The notes beneath the pieces were generated by a model, which searched no databases, was not told where the DNA came from, and saw only the letters and a list, made by a program, of their open reading frames with translations. From Camelus ferus (Eukaryota), in assembly GCF_009834535.1 (NCBI RefSeq), contig NC_045697.1, positions 59,832,001 to 59,896,000 on the forward strand: 64,000 nt of DNA, read 5' to 3'. The position numbers and the translations under genes were made by a program. This document shows positions 47,307-59,400 of this stretch, piece after piece; the first letter of the stretch is position 1; every line of letters begins with the position of its first letter.

Positions 47307-48894
47307 AGGGACATCACCAGTAAAAAGAAATAGGTCGAAATTTTAAAAAGGCAGAGGCTTATTTGAGACTCAAAGGGTGAGAAATTAAGGATTACTTTAG
47401 AATAAGGAAGTACTACTTTAATTGTCTTTCATATTTTCTGCTACTTTTTAAGGAATTTTAATTTTTTTAGGTTTTGCCTTCCTAGATATTCCTATATATA
47501 TGTATATGTGTATGTGTGTGTGTGTATGTATATATCAAGATAATCTAACATGTTCAGAGAGCAATTTATACTTTCACATATTCTAGCCATAAAAATCAAC
47601 CTGCTAAACTGTAGAAACATGTTTTTAATTGGCAAACAAATCAAAAGCAACACTCAAAAAATTATTTTTCACTAGTTTTCTCTGCTCTGTGGTGTTGCGA
47701 AAACTTCTAAATTTGTTGCCTAAATACATTTCAAATATACCCTTCTATAGGAAAGGAAATCACCTTGAATTTTGTCTTCATTTTTCTCATAAATGTAAAT
47801 GTATGGAGCCATTTTACTATATGAATAAAAAATAAACTCAATCAATCCTTGCATAAGTTGATATTTTTGCCTAAAGTTGAAGTTATTTTGTTTGTCTATA
47901 AACAGGAAGGAAAAAAACATCAAGTTATTAGACTTTTTCAAGTGTCTGATAAAGAAAAAGAAAAATATTACATCTTATTTGACATGTAGCTTTTGCAAAG
48001 ACATGATATCATTGCTTTAAGGAATTCAACTGCATATCATTATACAATACACATAATTGTGTATATAATAATAGGAATACCTAAATAGAAAAATTCTTTG
48101 GAGATTATTACATTGAAAAATACAAATTATGCATCATACTTTTAAGTAAGTATAATAAGACATTCTTCTGCCCTTTAAATTAAAAACATTCTTTAAAAAT
48201 GTAAGCTTTTAAAAATAATTTTAAGACAATGTTTATTTATTTAAAGCAAAAATGAGAGAAAAATTGAGTCATTATTTTTCTGGTCCAAGAAATGAAATGT
48301 TTTTATCTTTATACTCACCTTTAGTCAATGTCTATGAATATTCATCAGTTATAGATGGCTGAAATTCTAGAACTTAACTTTTAATTTTATTGTTATATTA
48401 ATTGCATAATAATATTAAATCTGTTTATTTTGATAATTATCATTTAAAATTATTTCAATAATATCATTTTTGGACAGATTAACCAAAATTAATAAAAATT
48501 CACATACTATTAGATATTTAGACCCTTTTTTATTTTGAAAATAATGCTAAAACATCTTTACAGACATGCTTTTTAACTATTCCTTTAAATTATTTTCTTC
48601 AAGCGGTTTCTAGAAGTGACCGTGTATTTGTCATAAATCTAAAAATCTCTTCATGACCATTGACAAATGTTAACATATTACTTTCTAGAATAGTTACTCA
48701 AAGTCACTGGTATATTATGTGTGTTCTAGGCTAACTGAAACTTTGCAGGCATAAGCTCACATTTTAAGAAATATTGCTAATTTTGAAATGATCTTATTTA
48801 TTGAAAACACTTCTCATAATTTTTAAACCTTAGGACTCTGTTAAATGTTGACTTTTTATAGTCTTCATATGGGATCTCAATGGTTCCATAAATC

Positions 48895-49150
48895 ATACAG
48901 TTTAAAAGTTCTGGTTGTGGAGCCAATGAGAACCTTATTTGAATCCTAGCTCTTCCCTCTAGAGCTATGTAACATTGGGCAGATAACGTGATCTCATTAA
49001 ATTTCAGATCTATTAACTGCAAAATTGGAATAAGAATGTTTACCACTCTCAAAGTGTCAAGAAGATAAAATGGGTTAAAATATGAAACTCTCAGCACAGC
49101 ACAGTGCCGGAATAGATTGCACTCAATAAATATTACCTACTGCTGTTGTT
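48895..49150 (+). mobile_element. MIR SINE
   Basis: tttgaatcctagctct..gctatgtaacattgggcagata..tttcagatctattaactgcaaaattggaataag..ctcagcacagcacagtgcc..cactcaataaatatta. Confidence 0.85.
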
Positions 49151-51379
49151 ATTATTGTTGTTGTTATTGTAATGTTTTTGCTTGTCAGCCAATTTGAACT
49201 ATAATGTGTTAAAAAAATGAATAATATAACTTATGTGTCACTGTAACCTTGGTACGTAACAGTGCTAGGCACATAGTAAATCCTCTGTACGTAAGTGTTA
49301 AATAACCAAAGAAGTGAATGCATATACTAAAAACTAGACTTCATGTATACTATTAAAGTTTATTTTAATCAAGCATATTTTTCGGAATTAATTATTCAAT
49401 TTAATGTGGCCCACATAGAGGTAAAATTGACACTTAAACTTGAAGGCAGTTTTATGGAAATTATCCTATTCTCATTTTAATCTACATGATTAATCTATAC
49501 TCTATCAGAGACAAACCTACTATGGAGGCTTTATTAAACAATCTGTACAGCTCTGTGAAGATTAGCTCTGTGTAAAAACTATACAGTATTTTGGACTTCA
49601 TCTCTCCAATCTTAAAATTAAATTTCTGCAAAAAACATATTATGATAAAAATTGAAAGTTAAAAAATCCATAATTTCTAAGGAGAACTTGTTTAATTTTT
49701 ATGTTAGCCTTTTATGGAAGATAGTTTAGCATTTATTGTTATAAAAAACATAAGAGTTGAAAGCTGTTTTATTTGGAGTAGGTTTCGGATTTAGTCCAAT
49801 CTATCTACAATTTCTATAAAAGCAGTGAAAATTGCTACCATTACAATTGCTTGATTGTAGTCCCATTATAATGGGATTAACATAAAACGTCTTGAGAAAC
49901 ATTTCAAAGTACTAAGTTTTACAGAGTAATACGATTTGTAGCTGTCGGTCACTGAAGAAATACTATGCCAACCAGCAACATTCCTTTAGTAGGGTTTTCT
50001 CATTTAGAGCTTAAGGAGTTGTTAACTATGCTAGTCATCTCATTTTTAACTATTTCAGAGAAAGAAAAATGAGTAAAGAAACATCTAACATAACTGCAAC
50101 ACTGTATACTCTAAAATTTAATACAGAATACATTTTCATTACAGACATATTTTAGATGGATGATAAAAAAGTTTTTTATATCATGTAATAAATTAACTAT
50201 TTTGTGAACTTTATTGAGATAAAGACCATTTAATGGCTAAATGCAAATCTTACAAATACATATATATATATGACCTGAAACTAAGTTGAAAATAATTTGG
50301 AATACAGTGCAATGAGATATAGAGAAGATATGTTATTTTAGAATTAAGTTTTTTATTTTCAAGTAAAAAGGTTTAAATTTTGAATACATTAGATGTAAAA
50401 TTGTATGATTTAAAATATAAAGCCACTGATGTGGGGGGAAAGAGGCAAATAAAAGTGGTAAGAAGGCTAGAAGAAAAACAATCAAGACTACTAGAAAGAG
50501 AAGGTTAGTCATAGGCTTTGGAGGGAAAATAGCATGAATTAGACCAAGAAGAGTCAGTTTGAATTGTTTGTCCTTGTCTACTACTTTATGTACAAGAGGA
50601 AAAAAAGATGGAGGGATAAATAATGTCTTAGAGTACATATTAACATAGCTCGGCTAATGGCCTTGCTGTAATTAGAATACTGTTTCAAGTAAATAGGTTA
50701 GAAACAAGAAGAGACTAATGAATGATTTGGTGTTAGTGGGGAAATGAGACAAATCAAGGCCTTTTCAGAACAGACATAACCAGTGTCAAAGTATTGTCTC
50801 TTCTATTAGGTGGGAATTAATTAAGTGGGAGAGAAACCTGAAGTTGGCTGTTGCTAAATTTCTTAGAAACTACAGAGAATTCTTTTAAAACTACAGCTAA
50901 GCTTATACAATTGTATGAGAAAAAGTTTTCTTATCTTGGAAAAACATTCATGTATAGGACGATTTGATGAAGTCTGAGAGCATGAGTGGTTTAATTTAAA
51001 ATGATTTTAATAATTAAAAAATTAAAAGGAGTTCTTGGTTTGAAATAGAATTGAAAAAAGTATGTAACTTTTGAAAAAAGAGCAAGTTAGAATATTACTT
51101 GCAGCATATAATAATTTTGCACAAAAAAGTACTGGAAAGAAATATAGATGAAGATTTATCCATATGGGAGCAGAATTTTCAAAGCACAAAAACACTGGAA
51201 GATATTGCAAGGAAAATTTAGTAAATATATACTAAAAATGCTAGTGATACATATTGATCAATGATTAAGTGACTTGATACTTGATTTTTGTTGAATATTA
51301 AAAACTTTCCTAAGTATAATTTATTTTTCATGACAAATTGAGACATCATTTAAATTGATAAGCCTTCTCTCATTAAACA

Positions 51380-51720
51380 ATCTGGAAAAGCAGCAGCATC
51401 TGTGTACTCTTATTGCCAAAAATGTTTAACCTAATCCAATCAATCCCATATCCAATGTCTAATTTGAAGAAAATATTGAGGATAAAGAAGCAAGTTAAAG
51501 GCCAAAATATACATGAGTTAATATTACTGTCCTGACAAAAAGAGAAAAAGAATGTTTAAAGTTGAGATATACTGAAGACATTATAAACAAAATAACCATA
51601 GTTCTTGAATACATCCTGACTTAACAAACGAGTTGTAAAAGACATTTTAGGGAAAACTGACTAAATTTGAATGCATTCTGGGCATATTAGAGCCTATTTC
51701 TTTATCAGTAATAATTTTAT
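51380..51720 (+). mobile_element. Old L1 (MC/ME) 3' fragment
   Basis: ttgccaaaaatgtttaacctaatc..gtaaaagacattttagggaaaactgactaaatttgaat. Confidence 0.55.
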
Positions 51721-52089
51721 GAGAATTCCTGGAAAGTAACTGCCAGACCAAAATGGAAGAGAAAATAAAAAACTAGAAAAGGGAGAAACTTCTAGATTTG
51801 TATTAGATTTTTCAGTCAAATATGGTAATGTTAAATATGGTAATGACAGGGACTGTCAGCACCCAAATGTAACCTTGGCCTTACAGTTTCAGTGTGCTCT
51901 AGACAATTTCTAACTGTGAATATTTCTATCTTTGTGGATGATAGTTTTTTTAAGGGGGGGGGGTCTCTCTTTCTGTACATAAACAGACCAGAGTGCTGTG
52001 GAATTAACAACTTCTGCAAGTGGCCTTCAAGATATGAGTGATGAAAATTAATGTTAAAAAAAGAAAACTAACGTTAGTAGTACAGTTTT

Positions 52090-52298
52090 CTTGATCCTCA
52101 GGAGGAGTAATGCTTTGAGTTTTACACCATATTCCAAGTGTTTTCTGTAGGAATGAGTTTCAGTTGCCCACGGAGGTTAACTGGCTTAATAGTATATTAT
52201 TGTCTGTCTTCCTCTTGGTATATTAATCTCCACTTCCCTGCAGGATATTGCACTTGTGTATTGTCTCTGGGTCTGAATCTATAGAAAACCACAAAAGA
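52090..52298 (+). mobile_element. LTR16-like 5' LTR (3' half)
   Basis: gagtttcagttgcccacggagg..ttgcacttg..ttgtctctgggtctg..aacc..aaga, directly followed by a PBS-like sequence. Confidence 0.65.
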
Positions 52299-54200
52299 TT
52301 TGGTACCAGAACTGCTCCTAAAAGTAAATCTTCAGGATAGGATTTTGAGTTATATTCTAGGCTAGCCAGACAGCAAGGACTGTTACGCTGTTGGTAAGTG
52401 GGGTGGTGATTACTGTATCAGGCCTGGCATGTTGTAGCAGTACAATCACCAGGACCCTCATCTGTGGAGATGTGAGATGTGATACACATCAGAGAAGTGC
52501 TGGCTTACCTCATGTCTCTAGAATTTAAGAGATGTGGTAGCAAAAGTAATGATAAGAACATTGTACACTGTTCAGCACCATAAATGTACTGAGGAAGAGA
52601 ATGTCAGGCTTATGTCAGGCAACCTTCAACCCAGGAGTATGATGAGAAAGCCAGAGGCCTCAGTGACAGCATTTTAGAAGAACTTTATTTCCAAAACTGG
52701 AGCTCATTTTGGGCAGAAAACAAAACCCAAGATATGATTGTGATAATCTCAAGAAAAGGCTTAGTTCACAGTTGGCAGCATGTCTCTGAGACTAAAACCA
52801 AAGTGCTACAGAGAAAAAGTGAGGTCCTGGGACCTGGAGTGGGAACACTTAGGTGTATGTGCTTGAAGAATTTAAATGCTCAAATCTCCTCAATCTACTA
52901 GCCTGTTGGAGGTGGCTCCCTCCTCTTTGCTAGAAGAAATAGCGCCCTCTGGCCTGCAAACTATACAGAGCCTTTCTTGAGGAGGGAGGCTTCCTCAAGA
53001 TGACCCATACTTCCTCTTATGGCTTCTAGGTCAATAAAGCAGTAAGGAGTAAACAAAAGCCTAATGTTGAAGCACTCTTCTTACTTTGGGAGAAAAGATA
53101 TTATTCATGAAAGGAACTGAAGGACCTAAGTCATTAAGTATGGGAGGAATTAAAAAATATATATGTCCTGAAATGGATCTTGAGGTTGCTAACCTGGGAA
53201 TGGTATGGTAGAATATCAGGCTAGATAAGGAGGATTTCACTGACGGTGTTACTCATATGTGTATCATGATTTGTGTCCTGACAAGGACACCTGGAGCCAA
53301 TCTTAATGTATTCCTGGAGGTCTATGTGAAGTTTAGAAAAAACGATGGCCTACAGCAAATGAGGCTTTGAAGAATTGCCTTGGCAGAATGAAGAAGCAGT
53401 CCTCGGACTCAGAAAACTGGGCACACTGGAGTGGATTTGTTCATTCATCAGAGCAGAGAACCTGCCAGCTGACTGTGTTCCCTGAGGGGTTCCAAAGAAA
53501 TCTTCCTTCACTAAACCAAAAGGAAAATGTTAGTGATATGGTCACTGTCATTATTGAGAAGGTTAATGGTGGCTGACCTCTGTATGCAAAGAGTGGTATC
53601 TCTTCAACTCCAGATGCAAGATAGATGTAATTGCCATAATCTGCAGCAAAACCACAATAGCAGCTGGGACTGCTGACCTCCATAGGTCTGTGGTCATGGC
53701 TATCATTTTCATACCCAAGTCCGTTCTCAGACTTAACCCATTGCTGGAAGAAGAGCTTAGGACCCCTAAAGAAGGACTGTGCAATGCTAAAGTTTGTATG
53801 TACAGCTCTCTCATAGGAGACCCAAAATGCCATCATACCTTCCCCACACAGCTTGAGTGGGAACATGTGGGGTCCAGGAAATAAAATCCTGGCCGAGGTC
53901 TATCTCAGGGTGGTTGAAAGAGGTCCAAGGACCCATCCTGTGCTAAGTTACTTGATCCTTGTGGGCACGATGGGATTAAATACACATAACAGCTTTCAGA
54001 ACCTTGACATTGCTCGTCTAAGCTGTCCAGGAAGATCTGTAATGGTAGAAAAGTAGACAAGTGGAAACTAGACCTTGGCCAAGACAGAAAAGCAGAAGCA
54101 ATAGCACATCTCAAGCAGACTAGCAGACACCAGTGCCGCAGTTGAAGATTTAAAGCATGTAGCATTATGGTCCCCATCACTACATGACTATGTATTATTA
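52299..54200 (+). mobile_element. ERVL internal region (ERV3-16A3-like): PBS, decayed gag and protease, start of pol
   Basis: TGGTACCAGAA at 52301 (tRNA-Leu-type PBS start); gag-like KELKDL..KWILR near 53110-53190; protease-region LIGDPKCH and ILAEVYLRV..GPRTHPVL..SFQN, compared with ERVL IPGDPK..VLAQVHLTVGPVGPRTHPVV..SWQN. Confidence 0.85.
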
Positions 54201-54999
54201 CTGTATTTTCAGTCATATATACCTGAGGTCATTTAATTGTTAATAAGACCTCATATCTTTGTAGATGTGAAATAAAAATTTAAACAGCTCTGTATGTCTT
54301 TTTTTTTTTTTTTTAAATAAGTTACCGAGTAACAATAAGATTCCTATTTGCAGGCATTATTTTTACCTGCTGTTGAAGTGCAATACAGTTCTGTGGATTT
54401 GAGTTAAGTGCCACTTTTGAAGATGGAAAATATTTTTCCATTTATTAAATTTAAATATGTAAAATTATTGAACATGCACTTGGACGTGTCCTTGTAAGGG
54501 ATTATACTAGAATAGTATGTAAAAATAATCAGTCTTTTCTTCTGAAGACCCAGAAATTTCTTATCTGTTGGTGACCTAAAAGCCAAATATTTTTACATGC
54601 AAGAACCAGTGCAAATGACTAACAGAGGGCCATTGTGTTGGGCTGTACTTTTACAGCTGCATTTTAACTTCTTACAGAGTTTTTAAAGAACGTACTATAA
54701 TATGCATTGCCCACGTAGAGGAAAAAATGCATACTTCTATTCTTAGATGAGTGTTTCATAAAAAGTCTTTATTTTTTCTTTCTTGGAACAGCTTGTGGTG
54801 GCTGCACTCCAAATCAATTATGGGTTTAATGGTTAACCAGGCTAAAATATGTCGTATGCCGTTTTCAAAAGTTTCTCTTTGTTTCTTAAGATTAGTTAAT
54901 ATTTTAAAAGTGATCTTTATTACAAATAACCACCTATATAATGTGAGCAATGGTTTGTTAGATAAAGTACATTTTTACCTTTTAAGAGACATGGTCAGG

Positions 55000-55478
55000 T
55001 GTCTCATACTCCCCTTCCTGTTTTCCAACAGAGCCTTTGTCTTAGGTAACTATCTCTCCATCATAGTACCTTGCACATCAGAGGAAGCTGAGCCACCACC
55101 AGCTCCAGTGGAGGGCTCAGTATTTCTAAAGTAAGCTCATTCATCTTCTTAATATTCAGATGTGACCAAATTCTGGTCAGTAGAACATGAGACAAATTCT
55201 GCTTGGAGCTGCTGGGAGTAGTTTTCTTGTCTCTAGAGGAAACTGCAGGAAGAGATGATTTCCCACTTCACCTGACCATAGAAGGTGAAACCTGGAGGAG
55301 TTTTAGCTATTTTGGAACAATCTGAAAGATTTAGCAAAACAGAGGATGGCAGATGGGAGAGATGAAAAGACCAATCAGCTATGAAGCTTACCATATATTC
55401 AATGTGCATAAGGTAATATGTTTCCTTATAATAAAGTTAGTTTGATTTTAGTTGTCTGCTATTTTTAGCTAAAACAAC
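55000..55478 (+). mobile_element. Old MLT1 (J/K-like) LTR
   Basis: atgtgaccaaattctggtcagtagaacatga..tgctgggagtagttttcttg..tgaaacctggaggagttttagctatttt..gttgtctgctatttttagctaaa. Confidence 0.5.
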
Positions 55479-55679
55479 CGCATGTTCCACACACTATTCC
55501 TTGCGTTGCCCTTTCGTCTTTTCCTTATTTTATATCTTCCAAGTGCTAATTTTTCAATTCTAAAATCAACAATCCATAGAGGCATAGATTACTTAAGGAA
55601 TCAAATTTCACATCAGAAACCTTAGAATCCAATATTACCTAAAACTGTTTTTTTCTTTTTGAAAAACAATGAAATACAG

Positions 55680-55910
55680 TTTATTAGTAACTAACTATCG
55701 ATCTTACAATGTACCATAAAATGTGCCAGGTACTTCTCAGTGCTATTTTTATTTGACTCTTTCAAGCTTATAAGACTGGCATTATTTCCTTAATGCAAAT
55801 GAAGAAACCAAAATGCATAGGGTTAAGCAACTTGTTCAAAGTTAACCAGAGAGTTAAATGGAAGAACCAGGGTTTAAAACCAGTATCTCTCAGTCTAAAG
55901 CCCTTATAAT
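55680..55910 (-). mobile_element. MIR SINE
   Basis: atgtgccaggtact..aatgaagaaaccaaaatgcatagggttaagcaacttgttcaaagt..ccagggtttaaaaccag. Confidence 0.75.
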
Positions 55911-56084
55911 GTCCTCAGTGTCATCAGTTTAGCAAAACAGGAAACCCAAAATAGATTACTTGTCATCTGGTATTCCTGCTAACCAATTTGGTGGTGAGAA
56001 AACAATTCCATTACCCATTTTGGGGGAAGCAAAGTGCACTCACCTTCTGTGGTAAATATGATCGCATGATTACACTATCCATAT

Positions 56085-56506
56085 TTTACTACAGTAATGT
56101 TGTGAAACAAACCTCAACATTTCAGCAGCTTATATCAACACACGTTTGCTTCTAGCTCACACAAACTTGTTAAATTTAGAAGAGTGGTGTGGAGTGGCTG
56201 AGGCAAATATGTTCTCAGCTGCAAGCTGGACTCAGATGTACTCTACCTACCACACTTTCTGGGGCTAGCAGGCACATGGGGCATGCACGCACTTCTCACG
56301 ACAGATGGCAGATAGTAAGGCCTCCAAGGAACTCGCTGTGCCTTTTAAAGCCTCCGGTGACAAAAGGCACACTGGTACATTCAACTGGCCAAAGCAAATC
56401 ACAGGGAAACTTACATGAGTGGGTCAGGGGCCTGTCCTGCTTTTGTGTGGGTGGCAGAGGGGAAGGGAAGAGTGGGTATTTGCAAACAATAACATAATCT
56501 GCCATA
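56085..56506 (-). mobile_element. Old MLT1 (K/L-like) LTR
   Basis: aacaaacctcaacatttcagcagctta..tttgcttctagctcacac..cattcaactggccaaagcaaatcacagg..gagtgggtatttgcaaacaataa. Confidence 0.65.
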
Positions 56507-59194
56507 AATACCACCGTATTTTATGTATTAGCTGCTACGTCTAAAAACCGATGACTTTTTTGCATTTTAATTACACTAGTTTCTTACATATGAAAAACAT
56601 GTTTGTATTAAAAAAATGAAAAAAATCCTCAAAAGGTATAAAACAACACTCACATCCCCATTTTGCTGAAGAAAGCACTGAATTTTGTTCATATTTACTG
56701 ATTCTTATGAATTTAACTTACACATTATATACAACTATCTAATCTACTTAAAAAATTGACATCATGTATATTAATTTCCAGCCATGAAAAGCAAGACATG
56801 TGGATACTCACACAACTCCATCTCTCCTTTTCTTGATCTTTTAATTTGAACAATAATAACCACGGCAAACCTGTTAAATATTAACACATAATTATCTGAC
56901 TTCAATAATTTGCAATTATGCTAAGTGTAGGCATAACTCACATAGTTCTTCTTCTGTATGAGTCCTCTGGTTAGAAAAGCCAGTGTGGCTGCACAGTTCC
57001 ATTATCTGGGTGTCTCATTCTCCTTTTTTACTCCTCCATATCCAGAACCCTCTTCTCTCATCTCCTCTGACTGAGCACAGTTAGAGAGTTTGATCTTTCT
57101 GAAAACTCTTCTATCGCTTTCCACTTGTCCTGGAGTCCTCACTCACTGGCACTCTGGTGACAGAAGAGGGCCACGGGTCCTCTTCTCAAGCAAGCATAGG
57201 TGTGATAAGTGTTTGTCCCTCAGTAAAGCCTCACAATGAACAATAATAAAAGAACTCTGAAGCACAGTACCTAGAGGATCATTTTCTCAGGGAACATTCT
57301 TTACACAGCTCCTACCATGATCAAAAATGAATCTGTGTACCCAGAGGCAGAAGAAATCGACAGAATATATATTAACATTTTCATGTTACCTGTAATTCGT
57401 GCTAAGATTTTTTTTTTAGTTACATATTTTAGTTTTATGGGTAAAGATGCTTTTTGCTATTGTCTCAGACCAAATTGATTAAATGAGAATGGTTGGAGGA
57501 AACAAAACATATAAAGGATTTTAGCTTACTGACTTGCATGTGATTCTACCTGAAATCCTGAGGGAATAATTCCAGAGCAACAGGACCTACATGTACATGT
57601 ATTTTTCCTTTCCTAGTTTTCTTTAAAGAACAATAGAAAAAGATAACATGTGTAGTCTTGTTTGCAAGGAGATGAAATGGTGAATTTTGTGATAAATTGC
57701 TCAATGCTTTGTTGAATAGTTCCATTTTCAACATCTGGCTCATTAGATACAAATATACTGTATGATGAGATATAATTACTGGATTATTCTGCATAAGGCA
57801 GTTAGATTCATTGTGCCTAGTATATATGTAAATAATTGTAATTTATCTTCAAATTTCACCGATAAGTTTGCACCATAGAAAGAGGTTTTTTGAAAACAAA
57901 ATAGGACAAGTAAATACAAGGTTTTCAGATGGGTAAATATAAAACAATCTTTGTCAATATTTCTTGATAGAATTTTATGATAAAGAATAAAGAATTGCTT
58001 ACATATACACTTTCATGCTTCTACCAAATTCATTACGCAACTTCTCTTAATTAATCCTTTGTAAATTATGAAAATTCCCTTAATAAAAATATTGATATAT
58101 TAGACACTGTAGTTCATGCCAAAAATCTTGGCAGTAATGTAGGTATTTAAATCACCTTGTATTTTTGTTTTTACAAGATTGAACAACACAAATATTTATT
58201 TTTAATCATTCCCCCAATCTTATAATATTTTGTATATGATTATGATTGTATATGATTTATCAGTGATACTTTGCCTTTTTGTTTCTCTGAGTCTTCATTC
58301 CACCAGGATTTTTAAATGGTCCAGGTTATAAGAAGGAAGACCTATTTGGAAGGAAAGAAATGTGAAGTGGTATGTGATTGTCTTTCTCAGAAGTGAGTCA
58401 ATTTTCCACACCTTGTGAAGAGATATTCTCAACTATTGGACACATATCAGTGAGTTAAAACCATTACAGTGGAGAGAGTCATTTGGTGTGACTGTGGCAC
58501 AATAGGGATGTATTTCAAAGGAATAAATATCTTCACAAATGGAGATTTTGATCAATAAAATACCTCCACACTGAAAATAATTTAATGGAGATGTGTTCTT
58601 TTTTTTCTTGGAATGAAAACCACTATCTAAACCCTGATATAAACCAATGTTTACACAGTGGCAGTATTAGAGCTTCTAGTTCAAGATGATAGGATTCAAA
58701 CCCTCACTTTAGGATTTTCTGATAAAACCAAAGGTCATAGCCGATAGAACAAAGCCTCATTAATTGATGAATTAATGATCTGAGTTCCCAGTGGTCTGTT
58801 CAAGTTCACGAATTTATCTCTACATTACTGCCAAGATTTTTGACAGGAACTACTGATTGTTGTAAAACCTTCCTTATTAGGGGCCCATAAATTATAGATG
58901 AAGAGATGAGATAGTGTAAGTAATTTAACTGGAATTCTAGCAAATACAGTTTCTGAGAGAGGTTGTCTAAATATATCTATCCTATACAGTACTCCAATGT
59001 ATGTCTAATTATCACAAAATGATTATTTCCTGGTTTCTACTCACAATATGGATTTTAATGTATCTATACTGTTTTTTTATGTCAGCACTACATTACCAAA
59101 ACATATTTAAGCATGGTTCTACCATGTCTTTGACTTTTTCCTGTGATGGTGCTTGTTTGACTAATTATTTTCTCTTCCTTTGCATCCAGTGGCA

Positions 59195-59400
59195 CACATG
59201 ATGGTACTATTAACATCATGGAAAGATAATTGTGGAACGGAGCTTTCTGATGCACTATAGTGTCTTTAGCAGTATCTGTGCTCTCTACCATTAGATGCCA
59301 GTAGCCAGCTCCCCTCCCAGTTGTGACAAATGAAACCATCTCTCCGCACATTGCCAGGTCTTCTGGGGGAGGGACAAGACTGCCCTTGCTGAGAATTACT
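59195..59400 (-). mobile_element. MER20 hAT-Charlie relic
   Basis: ctctctaccattagatgccagtagc..cccctcccagttgtgacaa..cacattgccagg..ctgggggag..gctgagaattact. Confidence 0.85.

Noticed and set aside
53441..53866. Longest ORF in the track (141 aa, minus)
   Set aside because: Antisense to decayed ERVL gag/pro; no recognisable domain.
54751..55134. 127-aa ORF
   Set aside because: Non-ATG start, AT-rich composition, runs into an MLT1 relic, no recognisable homology.
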